From the NCBI GenBank assembly GCA_965225945.1, contig CBDDBZ010000037.1, positions 256,001 to 320,000 on the forward strand: a stretch of DNA of 64,000 nucleotides, in the 5' to 3' direction. The translations under genes were made by a program, and so were the position numbers. The notes below the pieces were generated by a model. It had not been told where the DNA came from. It was given only the letters and a program-made list of their open reading frames with translations, and did not search any database. This document shows, piece after piece, positions 1-10,267 of this stretch. The DNA is from Alphaproteobacteria bacterium. Lineage in GTDB: Bacteria; Pseudomonadota; Alphaproteobacteria; GCA-2731375. Position 1 is the first letter of the stretch, and each line of letters starts with the position of its first letter.

Positions 1-467
1 ATCGCAATCTCGAAGCTCGACGCGTCACTCGCCGACCTCGCTCCGGGTCGTGGCAGGTCGTGGATCAGGACGACGTCCAAGCGCTCGACGCCCAACCTCT
101 CCAGGCTTTCGTCGATCGAGCGAAGCACGGAGTCCCGACGGTAGTCGCGCGCCGAGCGATATCCAGGCCGCGCTTCGCCGCTGTCGTCGGACGCGAGTCG
201 CTGTCCGACCTTTGTCGACAGCACGACATCGTCTCGGTCCCGGCCCGCGAGAGCGTGGGCGAGACGCCGCTCTCCGAGCCCGTCGCCATAGAGGGGCGCG
301 GTGTCGAAATATCGGATGCCCAGATCATATCCCCGGCGGAGCGCGGCGATGGCCGTCGCCTCGGGCACCTTGGCATAAAGCATGCCGACCCGGGAGCCGC
401 CGAAGCCGAGCGCGGTCGGATGGAAGCCGGTTCGTCCCAGCGGTCGTCTCTCGCGCGGGTCGATCAC
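1..467 (-). CDS. Aldo/keto reductase, N-terminal part (runs off left edge)
   Basis: Manual translation from GTG 467 with GGAGA RBS: MIDPRERRPLGRTGFHPTALGFGG...GIRYFDTAPLYGDG...VVLSTKVG...SLERLGVERLDVVLIHD, giving the AKR D-Y-K-H motifs. Not in the ORF track. Confidence 0.9.
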   Translation of the reverse strand, partial: MIDPRERRPLGRTGFHPTALGFGGSRVGMLYAKVPEATAIAALRRGYDLGIRYFDTAPLYGDGLGERRLAHALAGRDRDDVVLSTKVGQRLASDDSGEARPGYRSARDYRRDSVLRSIDESLERLGVERLDVVLIHDLPRPGARSASDASSFEIA

Positions 468-562
468 GTTGTCTCCCAGGTCGTCCGTGGCGACCATTTA
501 ATACCGGTGACCCCATGATATGACTCTGGGGGAATCCTCGAGGCGGATTTTGTGATTTTGTC

Positions 563-1785
563 CATGGTACACGACGGCATTTACGTAGGACGTTGAAAAG
601 GTTGTAGGATTCCCGATTCACTCCACGACGAGTCAAGAGGGAAATCATGCGAGACAACCCGATCAACGCCCTGCGTGAGACGCTACGATGCGGCTTCGCC
701 TTTCGCAAGAGCCGTCTGGAGAGCCTTTGCGTCTTGGTCTTCGGCGTGTTCGTCGCCCGGACGGTGAACCTCTCTCACTTGGCCTGCCACTTTCCGGGGC
801 GCGCGCGATCCAGCTCCAACTATCGGCGCCTGCAACGGTTTTTCGAGCAAGTCGATTTCGATTACGATCGCCTCGCCGAGTTCCTGGTCGCGATGATGGG
901 GCTCCAGGCGGGGCCGTGGCGGCTGACCATGGACCGGACCAACTGGCGGCTGGGTCGCCGCGACGTCAACATCTTGATGATCGGCATCGTCAACCGCGCC
1001 ATCGCCATTCCCGTGTGCTGGCGGGTGCTCGACAAGGCGGGCAATTCCAATACCAAGGAGCGGATCGCGATCCTCGAACACGTCCTCCGGCTCTTCGGGG
1101 TCGACAAGATCGCCAGCCTCCTGGCCGACCGGGAATTCATCGGCGACGCCTGGCTGGCATGGTTGCAGGAAAAGGCCATCCCCTTTCACATCCGCATCCG
1201 ATCCAACATCAAGATCGCCAACACGCGTGGTCGCATGGTCAAGGCGAGGGAGCTGTTTCGCGACCTCAAACCCGGGGAAAGCCGCATCCTCTCCAACGCC
1301 AGGCGCCTCTCGGAGGCCAGAAAACCCAAGGCCAGGCCCGTCTTCGTCGCCGCGCTCCATCTCAAGACCGGCGAACTGTTGATCGTCGTGACCAACGACG
1401 CGCCCGAGGAGGCCTTGGCCATCTACGCCCAGCGCTGGCAAATCGAGACCCTCTTCGCCGCCTTGAAAACCCGTGGCTTCAACCTCGAAGACACCCACAT
1501 GACCGACCCGGAGCGCATCTCCAAGCTCACCGCCGTCCTTTCCATCACCTTCTGCTGGGCGCACAAAGTCGGCGATTGGCTCCACGAGGCCGAGCCGATC
1601 CGTCTCAAAACCCACAAAAGGATGGCAAAATCCATCTTCCGATACGGTTTCGAGTGGATAAGGCGACAGCTCGTCAATCCTATCGACAGGCGTCAAGCCA
1701 TTGAGCTGATTCGTTTCCTCGTCCCCGGAAAACCACCAGTCCAGGTGCCCAGGCCAAAGCCAGCATGAACGAGTCGTGTACTGTG
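563..1785 (+). mobile_element. IS4-family (IS10/ISAba1-like) insertion sequence
   Basis: Imperfect TIRs CATGGTACACGAC / GTCGTGTACTGTG; 9-bp target duplication GATTTTGTC at 554-562 and 1786-1794. Confidence 0.9.
647..1768 (+). CDS. IS4-family DDE transposase
   Basis: MDRTNW, LADREF and YAQRWQIETLFAALKTRGF (YREK-type) motifs. Confidence 0.93.
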   Translation: MRDNPINALRETLRCGFAFRKSRLESLCVLVFGVFVARTVNLSHLACHFPGRARSSSNYRRLQRFFEQVDFDYDRLAEFLVAMMGLQAGPWRLTMDRTNWRLGRRDVNILMIGIVNRAIAIPVCWRVLDKAGNSNTKERIAILEHVLRLFGVDKIASLLADREFIGDAWLAWLQEKAIPFHIRIRSNIKIANTRGRMVKARELFRDLKPGESRILSNARRLSEARKPKARPVFVAALHLKTGELLIVVTNDAPEEALAIYAQRWQIETLFAALKTRGFNLEDTHMTDPERISKLTAVLSITFCWAHKVGDWLHEAEPIRLKTHKRMAKSIFRYGFEWIRRQLVNPIDRRQAIELIRFLVPGKPPVQVPRPKPA

Positions 1786-1819
1786 GATTTTGTCACCTTA
1801 CACAATTATGTGGTGGGGT

Positions 1820-1875
1820 TGAGATGGCTGCGCTCAAGATACGGGATGATATGACGACGAATGAGCTTCGGCGGG
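1820..1875 (+). pseudogene. Short N-terminal fragment of an IS630-like transposase
   Basis: MAALKIRDDMTTNELRR resembles MGAAIKLREDYDADELRR of the IS630 at 7134. Confidence 0.45.
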
Positions 1876-1899
1876 GCAAAGTCGACCTGTTCGGTGGCA

Positions 1900-2471
1900 C
1901 GCTGTCGTGCGTCGTCGAGCTGAAGGTTGCCGGCATCGCCGCCGAGGCGGCGGAGCAGCACGGTCGCCTGGCCGGCCGGCTCTCGTGGTCGCCGAGCCCG
2001 AGGGCTACTGGGCCGGGACCCTCCCCCACCGGAGGGCCGGAAGGTGGCTCTCCGGGCTCCGGAGCGTGGCCGAGGGCCTGTCCGTGGAGGTGCACCTGAT
2101 CGCGCCGCGCGGCGGCGGCCAGCCCGACCGACTCACGGGCGACCAGCTTTCTGTCCGGCGGGGGCCGTTGGCCGGCTCCATGACCAGACATTCGATGCCG
2201 CGTTGTTCGAGCAACCGCACCAGCCAGAAGCCGTCGTAGCCTGCCTCGTCGCAGAGGACCACCTTTGGCACCTGACCCGAGACGTTGGCCAGGCGGTCCC
2301 GCACCGCATCGAGCTTGGCGATCAGGCCGTCGGCGTCGCCGCCCCTGATTGGATGCAAGCTCGGATTGTCCCGGCCCGGAGACTGGAGCGCCAAAAGCCA
2401 ACTGTTCTTGCCCAGCTCAAGGGCAGCATGGAGAGTTTGTTCGCCGCACGTGGTCGTAGGGGGCGTCATCA
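1900..2471 (-). pseudogene. Degraded IS110-family transposase (different from the 2705 element)
   Basis: HAALELGKNSWLLA...VVLCDEAGYDGFWLVRLLEQRGIECLVMEPA (DEDD domain start), then the frame breaks down. Confidence 0.8.
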
Positions 2472-2704
2472 TAGCATCTCGCTCCTTCTGATAGCGGTTG
2501 AACCAATCGAAGGAGCTTGAAGCCGCATCCCTCGGCCTCATAGCATCTGGGGTATAATCCCCGTGCTGGCGAATCGGTTGGTTAGGGGACTTGTAGACCC
2601 TATGTCCGTTGAGGTTTCGACGCCGGGACCAGGTGTCCGCCTCAGCATGTAGTTTCGAGGGTTGCACGCGTTTGCGTGCCTATCCTCATACATGGGAGAC
2701 GGAC

Positions 2705-5245
2705 ATGACGGACGATATCACCTTTGTTGGCTTGGATGTTTCGAAGGAGACGATTTCGGTCGGGATCGCGCCGGGTGATCCGCGAGAGGCGGTTCATTAT
2801 TTCGGCACCATCGTGTACCGACCGACGGCGCTCTATTCGCTCTGCAAGAAGCTGTCGCGGGACGGCGCGCGTCTTCACTTCTGCTATGAGGCTGGCCCGT
2901 TCGGCTATTCCCTGCATCGCCGGCTTTTGGACTGGGGCCACACCTGCGATGTGGTGGCGCCCTCGCTGATCCCCAAGCGGCCCGGTGACCGGGTCAAGAC
3001 GGACCGGCGGGACGCGCTGAGCCTGGCTTCGTTGTTGCGTGCCGGACAGTTGACCGCGGTCAAGTCCGGATTCTGCTGGGAATTTTCTCCGGGGTTGCCT
3101 CCGTCGAGGCCTGTTCTGGTAGTTCCAGCTGGGCTTGGTATTCCTGATCGAGTTCCTTCCTGACGGCGTCCATCTGGCGCCGCTCGAAGACGGTGACCTT
3201 GACTGCTTTCCATCGCTCGGCGGCGCGGCTCATGGCACCGAACATGAGCTTCAGTACCGCCTTTTCGCCGAAGGCGTTGGGGATGATCTTCAAGCGCCGG
3301 CGCTCCTCCCCGAACAATCTCTCCAGCAGGTTGGTGGTGCGGATCGCCCGGCGGTGATTGACCGGCATGCGCAGGTGCGCGATGCAGGCCTCGAAATCAT
3401 CCAGGAAACAGGCCACCGCCGAGGGCAGCTCGCGCTCCCAGTCACGCACCACGCCCTCGGCCAGATCGCGGGCGATGGCGCGCGAGGGGGCCTGGTAGGC
3501 CGCTTGGGCGCGGGCCTTGAACTCCGGCCAGAGATCCTCGGGCACCTTCGCCGCCAAGTTCCTCATCCGGTGCGCGAGGCAGCGTTGGCGCGCGCTCCTG
3601 GGAAAACAAATCTCGATCGCCTTGATAATGCCAGGCGCGCCGTCGGAGGCGATCAGGAGAGGATCGCCCAGGCCTCGGCTGCGCATGTCCTGGAAGAACG
3701 CGGAGACGGTCTCGTTGTCCTCCTTCGAGCCCGCCATCAGATGCAGGAGAACCTTCTTGCCCTCGAGCGTGAAGCCCCAGGCCGCCAGCACCGGCTCTCG
3801 CCTCTGCCCGGCCCGCAGCCGCTCGGCGATGCCGTCGACGAAGAGGTAGGCGATCTCGAACTCGCTAAGGTCGCGCTTGGCGAAGCCGAGGTAGTCCGCC
3901 CAGAGCCGCTCCCCCATCTCCGAGACCGCCGTGCGCGACAGCAGCAAGCGCCCACTTTCTTCCCTGAAGGCATCTTCGATGTCGCGCACCGAGAGACCGC
4001 GCGCCAGCATCTCCACGGCTAAATCCTCCAGGCCCTCGGAATGACCCTTCAGCTGCGCTCGCAGATCCGAACGGAACGGTTCGTCCGTCCCGGCGACCTG
4101 CGGCGCCGCATACCTGATCCGCCCCTCGGCCGTCTTCAGATGACCTTCGCGCGAACCGTTCCGGTAACCTCGGCCAGGCTCGGAACCGTGCTCGTAATAG
4201 TCCCGGCCCAGGGCGTCGCGCACCTCGGCCTCCAAGCCTTCCTCGATGATTAACCGCGTCGCCAACCGCACCAATTCACTCTTCGCGTCGACCACGCGGG
4301 CGCGCCCTTCGATCAGGTCGTTCAAGGCTTCACGCGTGCGCTCGCTTCCGGGTAGTCTCTTCGTCATGGAGGTGCCTCCTGTGCTGGGCTGGCGCGCAGC
4401 CATGCCCGGGTGGGAATCGACACCTCGAAGGATGCACCTCCTACCAAATTCCCAGCAAGTCTAGGACTTCACCGTTGACCGCGGTCTGGGTGCCCGACGC
4501 GAGCCACGAGGCGGTTCGCGCGCTGGTGCGCCTGCGCCACCTGGCGGCGGGCGACGTGCGCCGGGCCAAGCAGCAGATCCTGGGCTTCTGCCTGATGCAT
4601 GATCGGGTGTATCGGGCGGGTACGACGCATTGGACGAAGACCCACCGGAACTGGCTGGTGGATCAGAAGTTCGAGCACGGCGCTCTGGCGCTGACCTATT
4701 CGGAATTGCTTGGCCGTCTCGAACGGGCGGAAGAGATGCTGGCGCGAGCGCGCCTGGAGTTGCGGGAACACCTTGGCGGCTGGGCCTTGTATCCGGTCAT
4801 GGACGCCCTTCAGGCGTTACGCGGCTTCGATTGGGAGAATGCCGCCATGGTCGCGGCGGAGATCGGCGACTTCCAGCGCTTCCCCACGGCGGGCCATCTG
4901 ATGGCCTACGTCGGCTTGGTGCCGTCGGAATATTCCAGCGGTGATCGACGCAAGCGGGGCAAGATCACCAAGTCGGGCAACGCCATGGTTCGCCGTGTCC
5001 TGGTGGAGGCAGCCTGGACCTATCGTCACCCGGCGCGCCAGTCGAGCCCGATCCGCGCCCGTTCAGCCCATCTGCCGGAGCCGATCCGCGACAAGGCCTG
5101 GCAGGCGCAGATACGATTGTGTCGTCGCATGCGCGATCTGCGCGGGCGCGGCAAACACCAGAACACCGTGCTGACCGCGGTGGCCCGGGAGCTGGCGGGG
5201 CACGTCTGGGCCATCGCCCGCATGGTGCCCCCGCCGATGGCATAA
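2705..5245 (+). pseudogene. IS110 DEDD recombinase split by IS256 insertion
   Basis: GLDVSK, CYEAG, KTDRRDA and EYSSG motifs; the frame LRAGQLTAV|WVPD resumes after the IS256. Confidence 0.92.
3058..4473 (-). mobile_element. IS256-family element type A, copy 1 (transposase 3060-4403)
   Basis: IRs GGTGAAGTCC..GCTGGGAATTT / GGTCAAGTCC..GCTGGGAATTT; 9-bp TSD GTTGACCGC; FVDG, ASDG, QRC and TTNLLER motifs; 1416 bp. Confidence 0.96.
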
Positions 5246-5275
5246 ATCGCCGCGCGCCGAGCGGCGAATACCAAC

Positions 5276-5478
5276 ACGCCCGCTTGCGTGGGCAGCGGCG
5301 GTGGCGGCCACTTGGGGAACTCCCGTTCCTTGGCTATGGGCAGGATTGCATCCGATGCCCGTCTGTAGAGTCAGGACAGCCCCATCGGACATAGGGACAT
5401 GCGGTAGTCGATCCGCGGATAAGAGCTTGATGGACCGTCGATCAAAGCCGTCCCGCCGCTGCCTTCCAAAGCGGGCGT
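5276..5478 (+). ncRNA. Putative IS110 bridge RNA
   Basis: Outer stems 5276-5285/5469-5478 and 5291-5301/5453-5463 enclose two internal loops whose strands match target flanks and element ends (see findings). Confidence 0.72.
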
Positions 5479-5606
5479 CAGATACCCAGCACCCGGTGAC
5501 GAGCCGGGTGAAAGGCCGCGTTCGTGCTTGACAGGGGAGAGGACATAAGAGCCAAGAATCGTCGGTAAGAGCTTTCTAATATATGAGAGGTTCAGAGCCG
5601 CTGACT

Positions 5607-5686
5607 GGCTACTCCGGCACTCCGTCGGCTTCGCCAGACTTCGTGCATGTCTGAGAGCACGCAGCGCAAACTGGCAGCGATCATCC
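5607..5686 (+). pseudogene. 5' stub (40-nt leader + MSESTQRKLAAII) of a class III cyclase/TPR gene
   Basis: RKLAAI N-terminal signature; leader homologous to 56435-56474 and 51584-51623. Confidence 0.75.
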
Positions 5687-5785
5687 TCGACGGTTTGAGA
5701 GAGCTACCGTTTCGCATCAGGCTCCGGATTGCCATCGAGAGCCCGAATGGCTACTCTGATGGCCGGAAACTGCGGAGGCGAGGGC

Positions 5786-6787
5786 ATGGTCGAGACCACG
5801 GTCGGCGTCGATCTGAGCCGAGGCGACGCACCCCCCGCGACACCGATCGTCGAGCCGCCAGTCTTCGTCTGGCCGCCCCGACCGGTCGCAATGTTCAAGT
5901 TCCTGTTCGCCATACCGGGCTACTTCCTGCCCTTCAACATCATCTACATGGGCCTCGCCGTCCTGACCTGGTTCGCCCTCACGCCCGAGCTCTCGCGCAT
6001 GACGACGTTCCAGTGGGACTGGATCGCCATCGTCTACGGCCGGAACCTCGGCCTAACTTTCCTGGTCTTCGGCGGCCTGCACCTTCGTTTCTACATGCTG
6101 AAATCGCAAGGTACCCGCTACATGCTGAACCGGCGGGAGCCGACGGCCGCGCATCGCCGCTTCCTGTTTGGCAACCAGGTCCGCGAGAACGTCTTTTGGA
6201 CCGCGGTGAGCGGCGTCGGCGTCTGGACCGCCTACGAGGTCGTGACGCTCTGGGCTTTCGCCAACGGCTATATCCCGATGCTGAGCTGGGAGGCGCATCC
6301 GATTTACTTCGTGCTGCTGTTCTGCGCCATTCCAATAATCCGCGACGCCTACTCTTATTTCGTGCATCGCCTGCTGCACTACCGCTTCCTCTACAAGTCG
6401 GTGCACGCGCTGCACCACAAGAACGTCGACATCGGTCCCTGGTCGGGCATGTCGATGCACCCGGTCGAGCACGTCCTCTACTTTGGCGGTGTGCTACCGC
6501 ACTGGATCCTGCTGTCCCATCCGCTGCATGCGATCTTCCACGTACAGCAGGCCGGCCTGGCGCCGGCGCTGGGCCACTTGGGCTTCCACAGGCTGCTGAC
6601 GAAGGGCGAGAACGAGTACTCGATCGGTCAGCGCTATTTCCACTATCTGCATCACCGTTATTTCGAGTGTAACTACGGCGGTGACGGCACGGTGCCACTC
6701 GACAAGTGGTTCGGCAGCTGGCACGACGGCACGCCGGAAAGCCACGAAATCATGCGCGCCCGGCGCAAGAAGGCCCACGGCATCTGA
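5786..6787 (+). CDS. Sterol desaturase / fatty acid hydroxylase family protein
   Basis: His boxes HRLLH, HALHH and HYLHH; hydrophobic segments; GGAGG RBS. Confidence 0.9.
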   Translation: MVETTVGVDLSRGDAPPATPIVEPPVFVWPPRPVAMFKFLFAIPGYFLPFNIIYMGLAVLTWFALTPELSRMTTFQWDWIAIVYGRNLGLTFLVFGGLHLRFYMLKSQGTRYMLNRREPTAAHRRFLFGNQVRENVFWTAVSGVGVWTAYEVVTLWAFANGYIPMLSWEAHPIYFVLLFCAIPIIRDAYSYFVHRLLHYRFLYKSVHALHHKNVDIGPWSGMSMHPVEHVLYFGGVLPHWILLSHPLHAIFHVQQAGLAPALGHLGFHRLLTKGENEYSIGQRYFHYLHHRYFECNYGGDGTVPLDKWFGSWHDGTPESHEIMRARRKKAHGI

Positions 6788-7036
6788 GTCCACCCACGCG
6801 GGCCCGGCATCGCCGAACTGCAAACGCCGAGCAATGTCGGATCACCACGCGTTGCGCCGGCAGGTAGCGATCCGCCCTCTGCCGCCTGCCAGCCTATCGC
6901 CCGCTGACGGGGCTCCTGCGGCGATTGAGCGCAACCTAAACGCACCCTTCAACCCTATCGAGCGTTCGAAGCCGAGGCATTCCGCGGCTTTCCCATCGAT
7001 TGCATGTCGCGCGGCCAGAACTCGATCGCCGAATTA

Positions 7037-8211
7037 TACCAACTGACGCTGACGGAGACTCACATTTGGGATTTCCCTGACGGTTGATTTCTGACTCAAT
7101 TCTGGTGATTCGGGATTGAGGAGGAGATTGACGATGGGCGCGGCGATCAAGCTTCGGGAGGACTATGACGCGGACGAACTTCGTCGACTTGCGCGGCTTT
7201 CGAAAGACGCGGATCAGAGCCGTCGTCTGTTGTCGCTGGCGGTGATCCATGAGGGCGGTCGTCGGCGGGATGCGGCGCGGACCGGCGGCGTCGGCCTTCA
7301 GGTGATCCGGGACTGGGTGTTGCGCTTCAATGCGGCGGGCCCGGATGGCCTGATCGATCGCAAGGCCCCCGGGCCGACGTCGAAACTCGACGATGCACGA
7401 CGCAAGGCACTGGCGGCGCGCGTCGATGCCGGACCGGATCCGAGAACGGACGGCGTGGTGCGCTGGCGTCTGAAGGATCTGGCGCGCTGGATCCAGGACG
7501 AGTTCCAGATCTCGCTCGGTGAGAGGACGGTGAGCCGGGAATTGAAGACGATGGGCTCCACCAAGCTGACGGCGCGCCCGCGCCACCATGCCCAGGAGGC
7601 GGGCGTCATCGACGACTTCAAAAAAAATTCCCCGAGCTGGTCTCGCAAGTCCGCGAAAGCCTGCCCGACGGCGCGGACATAGAAATCTGGTGGCAGGACG
7701 AGGCCCGCGTCGGCCAGAAGAACAAGATCACCCGGCGCTGGGCCCGACGCGGCAGCCGTCCCCGCGCGCCGCATGACCAGCGCACCAAGTCGGCCTACAT
7801 CTTCGGCGCCATCTGTCCCGAACGTGGAACCGGCGCAGCCCTCGTGCTCCCGCGCTGCAACACCGAGGCCATGCAGCGCCATCTGGAGGAAATCTCCTCC
7901 CAGGTCCACACCAGCGCTCATGCCCTCCTGCTTCTCGATCAGGCCGGGTGGCACATCACCGACGATCTGACCATTCCAGACAACATCACCCTCGTCCCGA
8001 TACCGCCACGCTCACCGGAACTCAATCCGGTCGAAAACATCTGGCAATACATGCGAGACAACTGGCTCTCCAACATCGTATTCCAATCCGAGGAAGAGAT
8101 CGTCGACTGCTGCTGCGAAGCCTGGAACAAACTCATCAATAAACCGGGCAAAATCAAATCCATCGGCAAGCGTCAATGGGCCCATGGGTTTTGATCAATG
8201 TCGGTTGGTAT
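7037..8211 (+). mobile_element. IS630-family element type A (orfA 7134-7682, orfB to 8194, -1 frameshift)
   Basis: IRs TACCAACTGAC / GTCGGTTGGTA with TA flanks; slippery A-run near 7620-7628; WQDEARVG, LDQAGWH and SPELNPVE motifs. Confidence 0.93.
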
Positions 8212-8541
8212 TAGTTGCTCAGACGGGCGCGCAAAAACAGTGGGGGCAGAGCGATCCCGAAGGATTAGATTGTCAAGGTCGAGTTCTTAGCGCAGATTCT
8301 GCTCGGCGACCGGCCGCGGCGGCCACCGACGCCGCTCGACTGACTTCGAGGCCATGCCTACCTCTTCCCGCACACTCCGGCCATCCGTAAAGGCAACGCT
8401 ATTGATGCTTGGGGCGATGGCTTTCCGCGCCAAGAAAGTTTGTGTCTGAATTCATCGAGATCCCCGGCAAACCGTTACCATGTTGCCATCGCGCTGACAG
8501 AATCTCGGTGCGACACATAGATGATGGTGCGCTATCCCAGG

Positions 8542-8593
8542 TTTTGAAGAGCTTGCTCGATAGCCTACGGAAGGCGGGCGTGCCGGAATAGCG
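8542..8593 (+). pseudogene. 3' stub (LKSLLDSLRKAGVPE*) of a cyclase/TPR gene
   Basis: About 50 nt nearly identical, with mostly synonymous changes, to the gene end at 61535-61585. Confidence 0.8.
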
Positions 8594-8659
8594 TCGGTGA
8601 CACGGGACTTCCGCTGTGGGTCTTGGGTGTGTGGAAACCATTCGGTGGGTCATTCAGGC

Positions 8660-8871
8660 GCACGATCAGTTCAATCCCAACCCCGTTCTCGCGCGAACTG
8701 GTGGAGGATGAGCGGACCTTTCGCTACCAGCCGGAGACCGGCGAGGCCTGGATCTTCAATACTCGCAACCCGCGCGAGGTGAGCGCCATCGGCGCCTCCG
8801 AGTGCGACCGGCGGGCGGTGGCCTGTTTCGTCGGGCGCATGCCGGCAGGTCGCTTGGCCCCGTGGTCGTAA
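8660..8871 (+). pseudogene. C-terminal fragment of a possible 2OG-Fe(II) oxygenase-like protein
   Basis: YQPETGEAWIFNTRNPREV...RRAVACFVG resembles a jelly-roll C-terminus; no start codon or RBS. Confidence 0.3.
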
Positions 8872-8971
8872 GGGTTCGCTCACCAACTCGATTGCGCGGC
8901 GGCTCCCGCGACGCGAACGGCGCGATCGATCGTCGATCGGACAGGCCGGATCCGCGGCGGGTCGGGCCTGT

Positions 8972-10264
8972 TCATTTCACCGGCATCACGAGATTGGGCA
9001 GCCAGGTCGTCAGGGGTGGGTACAGCGTGACCAGCAGCAGCATGCAGAGCATGGCGAGGAAGATCGGCCACATATATCGCCAGAATTCGTGCAGCTGCAC
9101 CCCGGCGATGCGGCAGAGCAGATACATCGTCAGACCGTAGGGCGGCGTCACCAGACCGAGAAGCAGGTTGAACACGGTGATTACGCCGAAATGCACCGTG
9201 TCGATCCCCAAGGCCTCGACCGTCGGCATCAGCAGCGGCACGAAAACGAGCAAGAGCGGCACGGTGTCGATCATGCTGCCGAGCAGCAGGTAGACGACGT
9301 TGACCGCGATCAGGAACACCACCGGATTGTCGGTGATGCCGGTGAGCCATTGTTCCAACGCGTCGGCGGCGCCATAGAGCGTGAGGATCCGGCCGAACGC
9401 GGCGGCGGCGGCGATGATGAAGAACACCGAACCCACCGTCTTGACCGAGGCGACCACCTGCCGGCCGAAGATCGCCAGTGTCAAATCGCGGTAGATCAGG
9501 CCGCCGAGCAGGATCACCGCGAGCACACCGAGCACGGCCGCCTCGGTCGGCGTGGCGATGCCGCTCAGAATGCTGCCGAGCACCAGCACCGGCAGCAGCA
9601 GAACCGGAAACCCGACGAAGGTTGCCGTGGCGCGCTCGCGGTAGGTCGCCTTGACCTCGCGCGGGTAGCCGTGCCGGCGCGCCACCACATAGGCCTGCAC
9701 CATCAACAAGATGCCGAGCATTAGGCCCGGAACCGCCCCGCCCAGGAACAACCTGCCGACCGAGGACTCGGTCGCGGCCGCGAAAATAATGAAGGCGATG
9801 CTCGGCGGGATCAGTGGCCCAATTGTCGCCGATCCGCCGATGATCGAGGCGGCGTAGCCCAGCGGATATCCGACCCGCTGCATCGCCGGGATCAGCAGCT
9901 TACCGGTCGCCGCGGCGTCGGCGAGATCGGACCCGGACATGCCCGCCATGATGATATTGACCAGGACGCTGACATGGGCGAGGCCGCCGGAGATGTGCCC
10001 GACGAAAGCCTTGGCCAGCGTGACGAGCCGTTGCGTCACGCCGCTGGCGAGCGCGAGATCGCCCATCAGTATGAAGAACGGGATCGCCATCAGCACGAAA
10101 TGATTGATGCCCTGCCACATGGCCGTCGGCAGCGTCGACAAGGGTATCGGATCCGGCGCCAACACCAGCCCGACGATCGTGGAGGCCAGCAGGACGATGC
10201 CGATCGGGATCCGCAATACGAATAGGACGATGAAAACGGCCAGAACGACCCACAACGGGGCCAT
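8972..10264 (-). CDS. dctM: TRAP transporter large permease
   Basis: AIPFFIL, GMSGSDLADAA, GPLIPPSI and GLVTPPYG motifs; many TM segments. Confidence 0.95.
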   Translation of the reverse strand: MAPLWVVLAVFIVLFVLRIPIGIVLLASTIVGLVLAPDPIPLSTLPTAMWQGINHFVLMAIPFFILMGDLALASGVTQRLVTLAKAFVGHISGGLAHVSVLVNIIMAGMSGSDLADAAATGKLLIPAMQRVGYPLGYAASIIGGSATIGPLIPPSIAFIIFAAATESSVGRLFLGGAVPGLMLGILLMVQAYVVARRHGYPREVKATYRERATATFVGFPVLLLPVLVLGSILSGIATPTEAAVLGVLAVILLGGLIYRDLTLAIFGRQVVASVKTVGSVFFIIAAAAAFGRILTLYGAADALEQWLTGITDNPVVFLIAVNVVYLLLGSMIDTVPLLLVFVPLLMPTVEALGIDTVHFGVITVFNLLLGLVTPPYGLTMYLLCRIAGVQLHEFWRYMWPIFLAMLCMLLLVTLYPPLTTWLPNLVMPVK

Positions 10265-10267
10265 GTT

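Larger units (their letters stand above)
2600..5551 (+). mobile_element. IS110-family element, copy 1 (non-coding region at 3' end), interrupted by IS256
   Basis: CC core at 2598-2599 and 5552-5553; subterminal IR TATGTCC/GGACATA; the right part matches 51681-52895 in reverse. Confidence 0.88.

Noticed and set aside
2575-2600. GTTAGGG as an integron attC core at the IS110 target
   Set aside because: GTT precedes the CTAA arm, opposite to RYYYAAC...GTTRRRY, and the integrase at 44331 looks phage-type, not IntI.
2903-2917. GGCTATTCCCTGCAT resembling the cyclase left end
   Set aside because: Lies within IS110 coding sequence (GYSLH); treated as a chance match.
5528-5553. TTGACA forming a circle-junction promoter
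   Set aside because: After joining the ends, no good -10 falls at 16-18 nt; the nearest TATGTC is about 21 nt away.
8542-8593. DGR template/variable repeat pair with 61535-61585
   Set aside because: Differences are mostly synonymous and not clearly adenine-specific, and no reverse transcriptase is present in the window.
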